A stretch of 64,000 nt of DNA from Nitrososphaerota archaeon (GCA_011605725.1 JAAOZP010000009.1:102351-166350); one strand, 5' to 3'; shown: positions 20,115 through 30,093, numbered from the stretch's first letter. Translations and numbers: made by a program. The notes: generated from the sequence alone by a model not told the origin.

Positions 20115-22043
20115 TTAGGCATACTGCTGGCTCCTCATCGGCACGAAGACTATTCTCTTGCTCAACTCTCGGGGGACGTAGAGTGGTCTAGTCGGCATGC
20201 CCTCAACCCTTCTCCGGAAGTATTCTGCAAACTCCTCCAGACTCATCTCCTCAACACGATCCCTCTCAAGAGTAGACTCCTCCCTCACGACGATCCTCAG
20301 GGTCCCGCTCTGCTCCTCCCTCTCGCCATAGACTATTATGAAAGGTATCCAGCGGGTCTTAGCTTCAGCAACCCTTTTAGAAACCGTCAGGCTCCTGTCG
20401 TCAACACCAACTCTAGCACCCTCCTTCTCAAGCCTTTCAGCAATCCTAATGCTCTGCTCAAGATGTCTCTCAACATCCACAGGTATTATCCTAACCTGCT
20501 CCGGTGAAAGCCAAACCGGAAGCATCGGGGGCTTACCCTCTGAAACCCTGCCGGCAGCGTTCTCAAGCATAGCTGCAACAGCCCTTTCAACACTTCCGAA
20601 CGAAGAAGCATGTATAATGACTCCAACAGGCTTCTTAACACCGTCAGCATCATAATAGCAAATGTTGAACCTCTCCCCATTCTTCACATCCCACTGAACC
20701 GTTGAAATCTGGAGGTTCTCACCGTTCGGGAATATTGCTTGAAACTCGTTTTTGAAAGCATAGTAGTGAGTCATCTCCCTCATAAGCTTAAAGAAAGCCG
20801 GAACCCTCAGCGTCTCAACAATCCTTTTAAAAAGCCACCTGTACTTCTCGTAATACTCCTCAACAACCTCGAAGCCCAGAACCCAGTTTCCACCAGCAAT
20901 AACATTATCCATAAGCCCGCCGAAAAGAACGCTCAGCCTCAAATACTCCTCAGAAGCCTGCTCCCCATCCCTGCAGAACGCATGCATGTCCGTCATCCAG
21001 AAGTTCCTAACTCTCATAAGCCCGGTGAGCTCGCCCTTCTGCTCCTTCCTGAAGCATATTGCCTCTTCATAAACCTTGACAGGCATATTCCTGTATGTGA
21101 ACACGGTTTTCTGGATGAATGGGAACGCGCCTGGGTCGCTTGCAAACCTTAAAACCAGTCCATCCTCAACCCTGTAATCCCTCTCGTGGAACTCGCCCTG
21201 AAGCTGCCTTATCGCCTCGACGTCAGTCCTGTAGAGAAGCGGGTTCTGCATCTTCATAGCCCCCCAGGGTAGGGCAATATTCTTGAAAGCGTAATCCATA
21301 ATAAGGTCTTTCAAGAGAATCCCGCTTGGATACCATTTAAGGTTTCCAGCGTCGCTCTCAGGACAATAGTCGACGAGCTCGAGCTTCCTCATGTTGACGA
21401 TGTGGCTGGGCTCCTCTCCTCTTCCAGCCTTCTCCTCAAGCTCGTTCTCCACGAATTGTTTAAGCATCATTCCCCTCCTGCTCTTTAAGAATGCTTCGCA
21501 GCTCCTCCAGTTCTCCTTAGCGACCTCGTACTCCACCCCGTCCTCATCCATAACTATGAACCTGTGGAACTTCTCCTTCTTCTCAACATGCTTCTCAACA
21601 GTCCCCGGCTTAATGCTGCGCGAAAGCTCCGCTAAAGCATGTCCCTTATTGACGAGGGTGAAGCTCTTATACCAGCCGAAAGCAGCCCTATGCGTTTCAA
21701 CACCCTTCTCGCTAAGCTTCTCGTGAACCCTCTTAAGAATGCTTATTGCACTCACTGCATCAGCCAGCTCGCTTGAAAGATGAGCGTAGGGATATAGTAG
21801 AACGCGCTCCGCCTTAACAGTTTTGAAGACGTTGAGTATCTCCTGTCCGGCTTGCTCTGCAACGCCTTCAGGATTCTTCACATCCTCTTTCTCGACGCTC
21901 GTAAAAACCACTAGAACGTTCTCAAACCTCCCTGCCCTATTAGACTCATCCAAATCCTCAGCTTTCTCAACAGCTTTTTCTCTAGCATTATACTCGAACT
22001 TCTCGCAGTGGATGAGGAGTATTCTCAAGCCCTCATATTCCAC
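20115..22043 (-). CDS. thrS: archaeal threonyl-tRNA synthetase with N-terminal DTD-like editing domain
   Basis: RILLIH, YPYAHLS, FGWYK.F, GH.LAELSR, FRKEQ.GE, DMH, S.GS.ER and LP.WLSP.QVR motifs. Confidence 0.97.
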   Translation of the reverse strand: MEYEGLRILLIHCEKFEYNAREKAVEKAEDLDESNRAGRFENVLVVFTSVEKEDVKNPEGVAEQAGQEILNVFKTVKAERVLLYPYAHLSSELADAVSAISILKRVHEKLSEKGVETHRAAFGWYKSFTLVNKGHALAELSRSIKPGTVEKHVEKKEKFHRFIVMDEDGVEYEVAKENWRSCEAFLKSRRGMMLKQFVENELEEKAGRGEEPSHIVNMRKLELVDYCPESDAGNLKWYPSGILLKDLIMDYAFKNIALPWGAMKMQNPLLYRTDVEAIRQLQGEFHERDYRVEDGLVLRFASDPGAFPFIQKTVFTYRNMPVKVYEEAICFRKEQKGELTGLMRVRNFWMTDMHAFCRDGEQASEEYLRLSVLFGGLMDNVIAGGNWVLGFEVVEEYYEKYRWLFKRIVETLRVPAFFKLMREMTHYYAFKNEFQAIFPNGENLQISTVQWDVKNGERFNICYYDADGVKKPVGVIIHASSFGSVERAVAAMLENAAGRVSEGKPPMLPVWLSPEQVRIIPVDVERHLEQSIRIAERLEKEGARVGVDDRSLTVSKRVAEAKTRWIPFIIVYGEREEQSGTLRIVVREESTLERDRVEEMSLEEFAEYFRRRVEGMPTRPLYVPRELSKRIVFVPMRSQQYA

Positions 22044-22077
22044 AGGCCTCGTCTATAAAAACCTTCGTTTCAGGCAA

Positions 22078-22674
22078 CTAAACCTTAAACCCGTACATGT
22101 GTTTCTCGTAGAGCCGTCTCTCTGTGTATAGCTTCCCAAGTCTCCTGCACTCCAGCTCCCGGGCCCTATCCTCCGGCGGTATTAGCTCATAAACCCAACC
22201 CCTCTTCGTGAAGGGATAGGAGGACAGTATGCAGTCCCTCTCCGCCTCGAGAAGCGCCCGCTCCGCCTCCTCCGCAGAAAGCCCCTTGCTGGTTAGAATC
22301 TCCTTCAGCTCATCCTCGGAGAGCTCCTCCACACCCTTCTCCATGAAGACCTCTTCGACGAGCTTTTCGAGTTCTCTAGTCCTCTGTTTCTCCATCTCCC
22401 TCCTCCCTGGAGGGATCCAGAGATACGTGAACCATGTTCCATAGTTGATTGTAATCACTTTTTCCCTCCCAGCCTCATTGATCACGTCCTCCGTGTCATC
22501 ATAGGATACGCCCCTTTCCTTCAGTTTATCAAGAAGCTCTTTTCTCGTCATTGCCTTTATTTTTCCGTCCTCGAATATGGAACTGATTAGCGAAGGAGCC
22601 TGCCGGATGGCCTCGCGCCACTTCTTAATCACCTTCTCCTCGTCTAAGTCGTCTGGGTATTCCATTTCTCTCAT
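22078..22674 (-). CDS. hypothetical protein with two internal winged-helix-like repeats
   Basis: Repeat units EL...L...G.S.....I.EA.R...I...Y.(W/L)IPP occur twice. Confidence 0.6.
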   Translation of the reverse strand: MREMEYPDDLDEEKVIKKWREAIRQAPSLISSIFEDGKIKAMTRKELLDKLKERGVSYDDTEDVINEAGREKVITINYGTWFTYLWIPPGRREMEKQRTRELEKLVEEVFMEKGVEELSEDELKEILTSKGLSAEEAERALLEAERDCILSSYPFTKRGWVYELIPPEDRARELECRRLGKLYTERRLYEKHMYGFKV

Positions 22675-22989
22675 TCCTCATGACGATGTTTATCCTTCGG
22701 CAACCTAAGCCCTTCAATCACTCTGTTGCGCTCCTCCTTCTGGGTGATGTTCACGCACCACGTTATTCGATACTCGCCTTTCGCTGTGATATACATATCC
22801 TTGGGTTTGGGCTCGGGCTTCACACCGCATGTCTCCTCCGACATTTTCATTTCCTCTTCTAAGAAGGGAGGTTTCGATTTCTCTATAATCTCCCATATTT
22901 CGGCGCGCTACCGCCTTTGGGAAGTCGATGTAAACAGGCATGTCCCAGCCGGCGACACCGTCAAAGCCTCCTTTTTTAATGAGCTTCAA
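22671..22989 (-). pseudogene. frameshifted gene remnant translationally coupled to the 198-aa gene
   Basis: The frame AEIWEIIEK...HEE* ends in an ATGA overlap at 22671-22674. The upstream part lies in a different frame (LIKKGGFDGVAGW...). Confidence 0.4.
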
Positions 22990-23124
22990 GGTTGTTTTAA
23001 AAGTCTGGATATTCAGAGGCGGATCTACAGAAGGCTTTCACTGGGTCTTGAAGTGTAGCGTGCGCTTCACGATTAAACTCCCAGCTGTTTTCCTTATTCT
23101 GTACTTATTTTTCGCATCGAAAAC

Positions 23125-23334
23125 TTAAGGCTTCCACCTCATCCTCTCAACTTTATCAACGCTTCTCCTCGCCTTCTTAAACTCCTTGTAATGCGCCTCG
23201 CACAAGTATGCTCTCCTAGACTCGCCTCTAAGCCTAAGCCCTGCTTCACTAACCCTTTTAAACGCTATCGACCTTACAGCGTCAGCCTCGCATCCGGCTA
23301 CGCTGCACTTAACACCCTTCTCCACCCTGCCCAA
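23125..23334 (-). CDS. small basic zinc-binding protein
   Basis: CSVAGC ... LCEAHY (C2-CH) in the rps26e-padR-phosphatidyltransferase operon. Confidence 0.7.
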   Translation of the reverse strand: MGRVEKGVKCSVAGCEADAVRSIAFKRVSEAGLRLRGESRRAYLCEAHYKEFKKARRSVDKVERMRWKP

Positions 23335-23379
23335 ACCCAGTCAACCCCTGCCAGCCACTTATAAAAACATTATTTTTTC

Positions 23380-23988
23380 TCAAACGACTGCCTGAACACC
23401 AGTCCTCTTAGAAGCCCAGAACTTCCAGGTCGCGTAAAGCCTCTGAAGCACAGTAATCTGGCCGAGCACAATCATAAGTATCATGGAGAACCATATCACC
23501 CCGTCTACCAGAGGATTCAGAAAAGTAGCTGCAGATATTATAAGTATCTTCTCAACCCTCTCAAGCACGCCGACCGAAGCATCCTTCATGCCGCCGACAC
23601 TCTCAGCCCTAGCCCTAACATAGCTCGACGCAATAATGCTGAACATGGTTACGAAAGCAAGAGGCCAATCCACATACCCGCCTAAAGCCGGGCCGAGAAC
23701 ATAAAAAAACTCAGTATATCTATCCACTAAAGCGTCCAGGGTTCCGCCGAACCCAGTGGCCCTGTTGCTGACCCTGGCGACAACACCGTCAAGAACATCG
23801 AACAATCCTGAGAAAAGAATTGCCACACCAGCCAGGAAAAGATGCCTGTATGAATAGAAGAGGGTTGCGACAACCGAGGACAATAATCCTAGAATAGTCA
23901 GCCCAGTGGGAGTAATGACTGGAGCCAGGATTCTTCCAATTCTGGAGAAGAACTTCTCACTCTTTTTCCTCAGGCTTCCCAGAACCAC
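23380..23988 (-). CDS. CDP-alcohol phosphatidyltransferase (archaetidylinositol-phosphate synthase-like)
   Basis: D..DG..AR......G..LD...DR signature; SY.RARAE. Confidence 0.92.
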   Translation of the reverse strand: MVLGSLRKKSEKFFSRIGRILAPVITPTGLTILGLLSSVVATLFYSYRHLFLAGVAILFSGLFDVLDGVVARVSNRATGFGGTLDALVDRYTEFFYVLGPALGGYVDWPLAFVTMFSIIASSYVRARAESVGGMKDASVGVLERVEKILIISAATFLNPLVDGVIWFSMILMIVLGQITVLQRLYATWKFWASKRTGVQAVV

Positions 23989-24325
23989 TCTGCCCCGCCC
24001 CCTCTAGGAGCTGGAGCCTACTCTTAAGATACTCAATACCCTTCTCAAGCGTCTCCCTACCCTTATCCGTCTCCCTGTAGTAGACTTTTCTAATATTAAC
24101 CCTACCGCCTTCAACTTGAGAAGGCTCCATCCTCTCCACGAGACCCTCCCTCTCCATCTTGTAAAGAACAACGTAAGCCGTTATCGTAGCAATAGGAATC
24201 TTAAAATCACTCTTAAGCCGTGAAGCAATCTCGTAGCCGTACATGGGTCCGTTTTTGAGTATTGTTAGTATGTATAGCCATAGGTTTTCCTTGGTGAGTT
24301 TTTCTACGAGTCTCTCGTATGCCAT
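23957..24325 (-). CDS. PadR-family transcriptional regulator
   Basis: LWLYIL..L...P.YGYEI, Y.VLY.ME.EGLV and RK.YY..T.KG motifs. Confidence 0.9.
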   Translation of the reverse strand: MAYERLVEKLTKENLWLYILTILKNGPMYGYEIASRLKSDFKIPIATITAYVVLYKMEREGLVERMEPSQVEGGRVNIRKVYYRETDKGRETLEKGIEYLKSRLQLLEGAGQSGSGKPEEKE

Positions 24326-24328
24326 TTT

Positions 24329-24607
24329 TTATTCTGCCCCCAGTCTTTCTTCTCTGGATCTTACTCTTACTATTCCGGCGTGGACGGCGCATGAGACGCA
24401 GTAGTATTTTGTGACGCTGACTTTTGGCAGGAAGGTTCCTGATTTTTTAAGTTCTCTGGCTAGGACTGGGTCGACGTATGAGACTCTTTTCGTTGTCTTT
24501 ATTGCTTTGTCAACTGGGATTCTGCTTCCGCAATTGGTACAGCTGACGTATTCGGACCTTCCCTTCCCGCCTTTCGACCGTCCCCTAGACTTTCTTTTCT
24601 TACCCAT
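24329..24607 (-). CDS. rps26e: 30S ribosomal protein S26e
   Basis: KKR.SRGR, C.NCG..IP.DKA and YC.SCA.H...VRVRS motifs. Confidence 0.95.
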   Translation of the reverse strand: MGKKRKSRGRSKGGKGRSEYVSCTNCGSRIPVDKAIKTTKRVSYVDPVLARELKKSGTFLPKVSVTKYYCVSCAVHAGIVRVRSREERLGAE

Positions 24608-24695
24608 TTTTCCCATTTTACACTTGTACAAGCCCCGTATTTAGCTTTTTCATGCCACAATGTTTTAAAAACCCTTAACGCTGGAATCTGCAGGC

Positions 24696-26147
24696 TTGAC
24701 TGTTGAGAGAGGGGAAATAGGCTTAACCATAGGTAAAAACGAGGATTTCGCGGAATGGTATAGTCAGGTTGTTACGAAGTCTGGTCTTGCAGACTATGCT
24801 CCTGTTCACGGCTGCATTGTTTTCAGGGAGCTGGCCTACGCTATTTGGGAGAGAGTGATGAGTATTCTCGACTCTGAGTTTAAGAAGACGGGTGTGAGGA
24901 ATGTTTACTTTCCGCTTCTGATTCCTGAGAGGCTTCTCAGGAAGGAGGCTGAACATTTTAAAGGGTTCACTGTTGAAGTAGCTTGGGTTACGCATGGCGG
25001 CGACGAGCCTCTTTCCGAGAGGCTTGCGATAAGGCCGACTTCGGAGACGATAATGTACGAGATGTATGCTAAATGGATCAGGAGTTGGAGGGACTTGCCT
25101 CTTAAGCTTAACCAGTGGTGTAACATTGTAAGGTGGGAGATAAAGTCTACTAAGCCTTTTCTCAGGAACACTGAGTTTCTCTGGCAGGAGGGGCATACTG
25201 CGCACGCCACCAGGGAGGAGGCGTTGCAGCAGGCGCTGGAGATACTTGGGATATACAAGAGGTTTGTCGAAGAATACTTGGCGATACCTGTTTTAGACGG
25301 TGTTAAAACCGATTGGGAGAAGTTCGCCGGCGCGGAAGCCACCTTCACTATCGAGGCTTTAATGCCTGACGGTAGGGCTCTTCAAGCAGGAACCTCACAC
25401 TTTCTCGGCCAAAACTTTTCAAAGGCTTTCGAAATAACCTTCCTAGACCGGAGTGGTTCCACGAGCTATGTTTGGCAGACATCTTGGGGTGTTTCCACTA
25501 GGCTCATAGGTGCGGTAGTGATGGTGCATGGTGATGACAGGGGGCTTGTGCTACCGCCGAGGATAGCCCCAGTGCAGGTTGTCGTGATCCCGATATTCTA
25601 CAGTGAAGAGGAGAAGAGGATTGTTGTCTCCAAGTGTAAAGAGGTTGAGCAGAGGCTTTTGAAAAAAGGTTTTTCAGCGCAGGCTGACCTCAGGGAGGAC
25701 TACACGCCTGGCTGGAAGTATAACGATTGGGAGCTTAAAGGCGTCCCGGTGAGAATAGAGATCGGCCCGAAGGACGTTAGGGAGAAAATGTTGACAGTCT
25801 TCAGAAGGGATGAGTTTAAACGGGTTAAGATGCCTGACGACAGCCTTGAAGAAGAAATCGGTAGGCTTCTCGAAGATATTCAGAGAAACATGTATGAAAA
25901 GGCTAGGAGGATGATGGTTGAGAAAACAGGTAGGGCTGAAACGATGAGCGAGCTCTCGGAAATGGTTTCCAAGGGGATGATGGTTAAAGCATGCTGGTGT
26001 GGCTCAAGAGAGTGCGACGAGGCTGTTAAGAGTGAGACGGGGGCGTCGATAAGGCTGATCCCGTTTAAAGAGGAGCCGGTGTTCTCAGGATGCGTGAGGT
26101 GCGGCAAACCGGCTTCGAAAGTCGTCTACTTCGCGAAATCATACTGA
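24696..26147 (+). CDS. proS: prolyl-tRNA synthetase (archaeal/eukaryotic type)
   Basis: RPTSET, RWE, FLR..EF.WQEGH, QTSWG.STR, C-terminal Zn site and FAKSY. Confidence 0.97.
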   Translation: MTVERGEIGLTIGKNEDFAEWYSQVVTKSGLADYAPVHGCIVFRELAYAIWERVMSILDSEFKKTGVRNVYFPLLIPERLLRKEAEHFKGFTVEVAWVTHGGDEPLSERLAIRPTSETIMYEMYAKWIRSWRDLPLKLNQWCNIVRWEIKSTKPFLRNTEFLWQEGHTAHATREEALQQALEILGIYKRFVEEYLAIPVLDGVKTDWEKFAGAEATFTIEALMPDGRALQAGTSHFLGQNFSKAFEITFLDRSGSTSYVWQTSWGVSTRLIGAVVMVHGDDRGLVLPPRIAPVQVVVIPIFYSEEEKRIVVSKCKEVEQRLLKKGFSAQADLREDYTPGWKYNDWELKGVPVRIEIGPKDVREKMLTVFRRDEFKRVKMPDDSLEEEIGRLLEDIQRNMYEKARRMMVEKTGRAETMSELSEMVSKGMMVKACWCGSRECDEAVKSETGASIRLIPFKEEPVFSGCVRCGKPASKVVYFAKSY

Positions 26148-26153
26148 TGGGAA

Positions 26154-26816
26154 ATGGTTTTAATCACGGGTGTCGACGAGGCTGGAAGGGGGTGTGTCAT
26201 AGGCCCGCTAGTCATAGCTGCGGTGGGTGTTGAAGACAGGGCTGTTCAAAGGCTTGTTGAAGCTGGTGTTAAAGACTCTAAGAGGCTTAGCCCACGTAGC
26301 AGGATTCGGATCGCTTCAAGCATAAGGAGGATCGCCCAGCTTGTTGAAACAAGAAGGGTAAGCGCCAGCCGAATAGATAGGCTTAGGGCTAGGGGAGTAA
26401 GCCTGAACGAGATTGAAGCCATGCTCATAGGAAGCATTCTAAGTAAGCATCGTCGAGGAGTCTTCTACGTGGATTCTGTCGACAAGAATTGTGAAAGATT
26501 TAGAATGATGATGCTTAGCCACGCGCCTGGTTTCAAGGGTATTCTTATTGTTAGGAACTATTTAGACGAGTCCAACCCTATGGTTGGTGCTGCAAGCATA
26601 ATTGCTAAGGTTGAGAGGGACAGGGCTGTTCAAAACCTTTTGAGGAAAGCAGGGTTGCCTGGGTGCTCAGGATACTCGAGCGACCCTAGGACAATAAGCA
26701 TCATAGAGCAACTTTTACGGTCCAACTCTAAGATAAGCATGCTTAGACGGAGCTGGAGCACTGTTGGAAGAGTAGGGGCAAGCCTAAACCAGGATAGTTT
26801 AAAAAGGTTCCTCTAG
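26154..26816 (+). CDS. rnhB: ribonuclease HII
   Basis: GVDEAGRG, DSK.L, AASIIAKV.RD and SGY.SDP.T motifs. Confidence 0.95.
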   Translation: MVLITGVDEAGRGCVIGPLVIAAVGVEDRAVQRLVEAGVKDSKRLSPRSRIRIASSIRRIAQLVETRRVSASRIDRLRARGVSLNEIEAMLIGSILSKHRRGVFYVDSVDKNCERFRMMMLSHAPGFKGILIVRNYLDESNPMVGAASIIAKVERDRAVQNLLRKAGLPGCSGYSSDPRTISIIEQLLRSNSKISMLRRSWSTVGRVGASLNQDSLKRFL

Positions 26817-27493
26817 GCCCGTCTGGAGACGATCAGCTCATGCATCATTGCGAATGGCTCAAGGTCTACCGTCTCCTCTATTCTGTACCTGCCAGAAGCC
26901 TCCAGCCTGGCTTCCTCAGCCCTGTATATGTCTATTGGCCTTCTTGTCGAGTCGACGCTGCTGGCTTTCAGCGCGACAACTAGAAACCCTTTCTCCCTGA
27001 GAAACAGGTCTGCGTTTCTAACAGCTATGTCTACCTCATCAGGCTGGGCAACATCACAGTAAACAGTGTCAACAACCTGCAGGAGCCAAGCGTATTCGAA
27101 AACCTGTCTAGCGTCGGCAAGAATCGGCACAACGTTACTCCTTTTCGCAGCTACCTTGTCAAGAAACTCTCTGAAAGGCCTGTGGGCGACTTCAACCGCG
27201 TAGACAAGTCCTGTGGGCCCAACTATGTCTGAAACATGGCTGACAGTTGTGCCGGAGGCTGCTCCAAGATAAAGGATCCTCCACCCCGGCTTTATGAAGA
27301 AGCTTCGCAACCCTTTCAGCAGGGCTGCAGCTATCTTACTCCTATACGGGTTCCAAACCCTGTATTCCGCTTCCCCAACCCTGATAGTCTTCTCACCGTA
27401 GACAACTGTTCCAGGCGCGATGCTCAGCGTTGCGAGACGGGTCTCCTCCTCATCCTCAACCTCGTAAACCCCTTTGAAAATTTCTCTAATCAT
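26813..27493 (-). CDS. flpA: fibrillarin-like rRNA/tRNA 2'-O-methyltransferase
   Basis: VYGE, YR.WNP.RSK.AA, LYLGAASGTT.SH.SD and DVAQP motifs. Confidence 0.96.
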   Translation of the reverse strand: MIREIFKGVYEVEDEEETRLATLSIAPGTVVYGEKTIRVGEAEYRVWNPYRSKIAAALLKGLRSFFIKPGWRILYLGAASGTTVSHVSDIVGPTGLVYAVEVAHRPFREFLDKVAAKRSNVVPILADARQVFEYAWLLQVVDTVYCDVAQPDEVDIAVRNADLFLREKGFLVVALKASSVDSTRRPIDIYRAEEARLEASGRYRIEETVDLEPFAMMHELIVSRRA

Positions 27494-28494
27494 CAGCCAA
27501 CACTCTCCTTCAAAGCCTTAAGCCTGTTCTCAATATCCTTCTTCAACTCGTCTCCTATGAATCTTCCTGAGAAACAGTCAACCCTGGCTGCGATAGCAAT
27601 CCTGCTGGCGAGCAGTCTTGCAACTTTACCCCTAATCTTCTTTGGAGACATGTGGACAAAAGGATGTTGAAATATTATCCCGTGCTTAGGAGGTCTTCCC
27701 CTCTTCCTCAGGGCTCTGAAGAGAGCCTTCTCAGCACCAAGTACCTGTATGGTTGAGGCTGGCAGGCTGGCCAGCTTGGAAATGGAACCTGTTTTAGAGA
27801 TAAGCCTAGCACCGAGCAGTGGGCCGATAACTGTGCTAAGGTTCGGAGCGGTTTCATCCATAAGCATGCCAATATGCTTCTCGACAACTCCTCTACAATC
27901 CTCGGTTTCAAGATAAAGCTCAGCAATCTTCTTAACATACATCGGGGTGTTTGAAGAAGCTATTCGCCTAACAATCTTCTCAACATCCTTGCTCTCCTCC
28001 AGTAAACGTGGCTCCCTCTCCTTAACCCATATTAGAATTCTGTCTTGAAGAATGTTAAGCATCTTGACAAGCTCGTCGTAAGCCTGCATTGCTATAACAA
28101 TATCCAGGTCGCTGCTCTTAGCAAGCTCCTCAACCCTTGTCTGAGCAAGCTTCGCCGCGACACTGATGGTGAAAACCCGATACTCATCCATATTTAACCC
28201 TAAGAGCTTCAGAGCTTCCTCAACATCAGCTCTGAGCTCAACAGCCTTCTCCAAAGGCTCCTGCACAACAGGCTTCAAGCCTAGGCGTGTCAAGGCTTCC
28301 GCAAGGCTCCTTCTCTCAACCATTATGCTTCTCCCCCTCCAGCCTTGAAGGAAGGATGCAACACCCTGTGGAATAGCGCCGCTATAATGCTTAACAGCCT
28401 CGTCAACATTCTTGAAGAGATATGGCTTAGCCTCGTCTCCTTCGAAAACAATAAGGCCTGCAGCAGTCTCCACTAGGCTAAGACTCTTCTCCAA
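27493..28494 (-). CDS. nop5: C/D box sRNP protein Nop5
   Basis: APNL...G..LGARL, PASTIQ.LGAEKALF and PKHG.IF motifs; adjacent to fibrillarin. Confidence 0.95.
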   Translation of the reverse strand: MEKSLSLVETAAGLIVFEGDEAKPYLFKNVDEAVKHYSGAIPQGVASFLQGWRGRSIMVERRSLAEALTRLGLKPVVQEPLEKAVELRADVEEALKLLGLNMDEYRVFTISVAAKLAQTRVEELAKSSDLDIVIAMQAYDELVKMLNILQDRILIWVKEREPRLLEESKDVEKIVRRIASSNTPMYVKKIAELYLETEDCRGVVEKHIGMLMDETAPNLSTVIGPLLGARLISKTGSISKLASLPASTIQVLGAEKALFRALRKRGRPPKHGIIFQHPFVHMSPKKIRGKVARLLASRIAIAARVDCFSGRFIGDELKKDIENRLKALKESVG

Positions 28495-28544
28495 CCTGTT
28501 TCACCCTGACTTTCAGAAGGTATTAACTTTTCCTAGCCTTTAAG

Positions 28545-28751
28545 CTAGACGCGGCTCCTCCTATAGGCCTCGTAAGACTCCTTAACCCAGAGCGAGTATC
28601 CTCTAGGAGGGCTTTTAGGCCGTATTATCAGGATTATCTTCCTATATTCCGGAACCCTGGGGGTTACAGCGTAGAGAAGTTTAGCCTGCGTTATCGCTTC
28701 AAGAATCTTCTCCCTGTCTGTATGAAGATTCGCATGGTCCTCGACGAGCAT
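28545..28751 (-). CDS. hypothetical protein
   Basis: 68-aa ORF with a TATA-like TTAAATA about 30 bp upstream; no recognisable motif. Confidence 0.35.
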   Translation of the reverse strand: MLVEDHANLHTDREKILEAITQAKLLYAVTPRVPEYRKIILIIRPKSPPRGYSLWVKESYEAYRRSRV

Positions 28752-29044
28752 CTACTGCGTCGAATATGAATGGCGGGACAATATTTAAGCGTTTTTAAAG
28801 AATTTGGAGAATACGCGGGCCATAAAGTAGGCAGGCATCCCTAACGCTTGTTATCACGGCTCGAGTTATGTTCAACCCAAATTACACTTAAACATAACGG
28901 GAGCGGTTAATCTGTAAACATGGTAGCGCGAGCTAGAAACTTAATTTTAAGCAGCATACTTTCCCACCGATTTTTCTACCAGATTTAATAGCGTTCCACT
29001 GCGGTTTATTGTGTGCACTAACCAAGCGTCCTGCAAGCAGAAAC

Positions 29045-29350
29045 CTATAGTCCTATTAGGGAAAGAAGTATGAAAAAGTATATTGCAAGCGCCAGGGCTG
29101 CGATGAACCCGAAGCATGCTTTCCTAGTCTTATGATGAAAGATCACCATTCCTAGAAAGACTCCAAACGGTCCTCCAGCCATGGAAAGTACGAAGAACCA
29201 TTTCTCCGGTATCCTCGACTCGTTTCGAATAGCACTGGCTTTATCCACACCCATAAGGATGAAACTCGCGATGTTAACCAGTAGAAAGTAATCATGGGCA
29301 AGCTCCTTAAGGAGGGTGGTCAACCCTCCTCTGTTAACGCGGCGAAGCAT
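29045..29350 (-). CDS. DUF1294-family membrane protein (start uncertain)
   Basis: G.DK..A.....RIPE, GG..G...GM..F.HKT.K motifs. Confidence 0.85.
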   Translation of the reverse strand: MLRRVNRGGLTTLLKELAHDYFLLVNIASFILMGVDKASAIRNESRIPEKWFFVLSMAGGPFGVFLGMVIFHHKTRKACFGFIAALALAIYFFILLSLIGL

Positions 29351-29654
29351 TTAAACACCAATGCAAGAACCTAGGATGGATACGTGCTCCTTCTTTCCGT
29401 CTCTTTCGACTCAGCAATATACTGCTCTAATGCCTGACCATTATGGCGTGCACTATAATCAATCTTTTCTTTCACGTAAATAAGCTCTACGATGTTGACA
29501 AATTTTTTCATAGCTTTTAGTCTTGGAAAACGCGTATTCAAGTCCATGCGGGAAGCGTTATGATGCCGGAGAAAACCATTTTGTTGAGGGAAACGTTTAA
29601 AAACCGCCTCCTGATCTCATAGGCAGGAAACATATAGAGAGGTGTTAATGGGGA

Positions 29655-29828
29655 ATGGTTACCCACGGGAACGTAACGCTCGCAGGCAAGGTTCGCAGTC
29701 TTACTCCTAAGGTTGCGGCTCGTGAGCGTCCTCCAGATATGCCGCGTAGGAGGATTAGGAGTATTTATCGTAAAAGGGTTGTTTTGAACAGGCAGCCCGG
29801 GCAGATTTGGAAGCAGATGCGTGTTTAG
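29655..29828 (+). CDS. rps30e: 30S ribosomal protein S30e (not in ORF track)
   Basis: MVTHGNVTLAGKVRSLTPKV...PRRR....Y.KR, 57 aa; GAGGTG SD and TTTAAAAA upstream. Confidence 0.88.
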   Translation: MVTHGNVTLAGKVRSLTPKVAARERPPDMPRRRIRSIYRKRVVLNRQPGQIWKQMRV

Positions 29829-29948
29829 TGTGCTAGATACTTAATTGTTTTCCTTATATGCATGTATTCGTGTGCTGTAGATGGGTTGCGTTAACCTGTG
29901 TGTTGTTTTAGGGGCTTCAGCATTCTGATTATTTTAGCGCGCGCTCGG

Positions 29949-30093
29949 TTTATGAGTAGCTTGCATACTAATTACTTCCAGTATAGCCTTTTTCTGCTGA
30001 TACCGCAAATTTGGTAAGCCGTGTAGTTTCCTAAGAGTAAGTGCTGGGATCAGAAAGCCCCAGAACTATTAAGACCGGGGATTACTGGGCTGC
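29949..30093. repeat. degenerate copy of the elp3 promoter and first codons
   Basis: Shares collinear blocks TTGCATACTA, GCAAATTT, GTAGTTTCCTAAGAGT, TTAAGAC and ATTACTGGGCTGC with 31461-31607. Confidence 0.9.

Noticed and set aside
28495-29560. Flanking duplications around the 68-aa and DUF1294 genes
   Set aside because: Only scattered short matches in AT-rich DNA, indistinguishable from background by eye.
29560-29614. Possible C/D box sRNA (ATGATG...CTGA) near nop5/fibrillarin
   Set aside because: No credible C'/D' pair, and the segment contains the rps30e TATA box.
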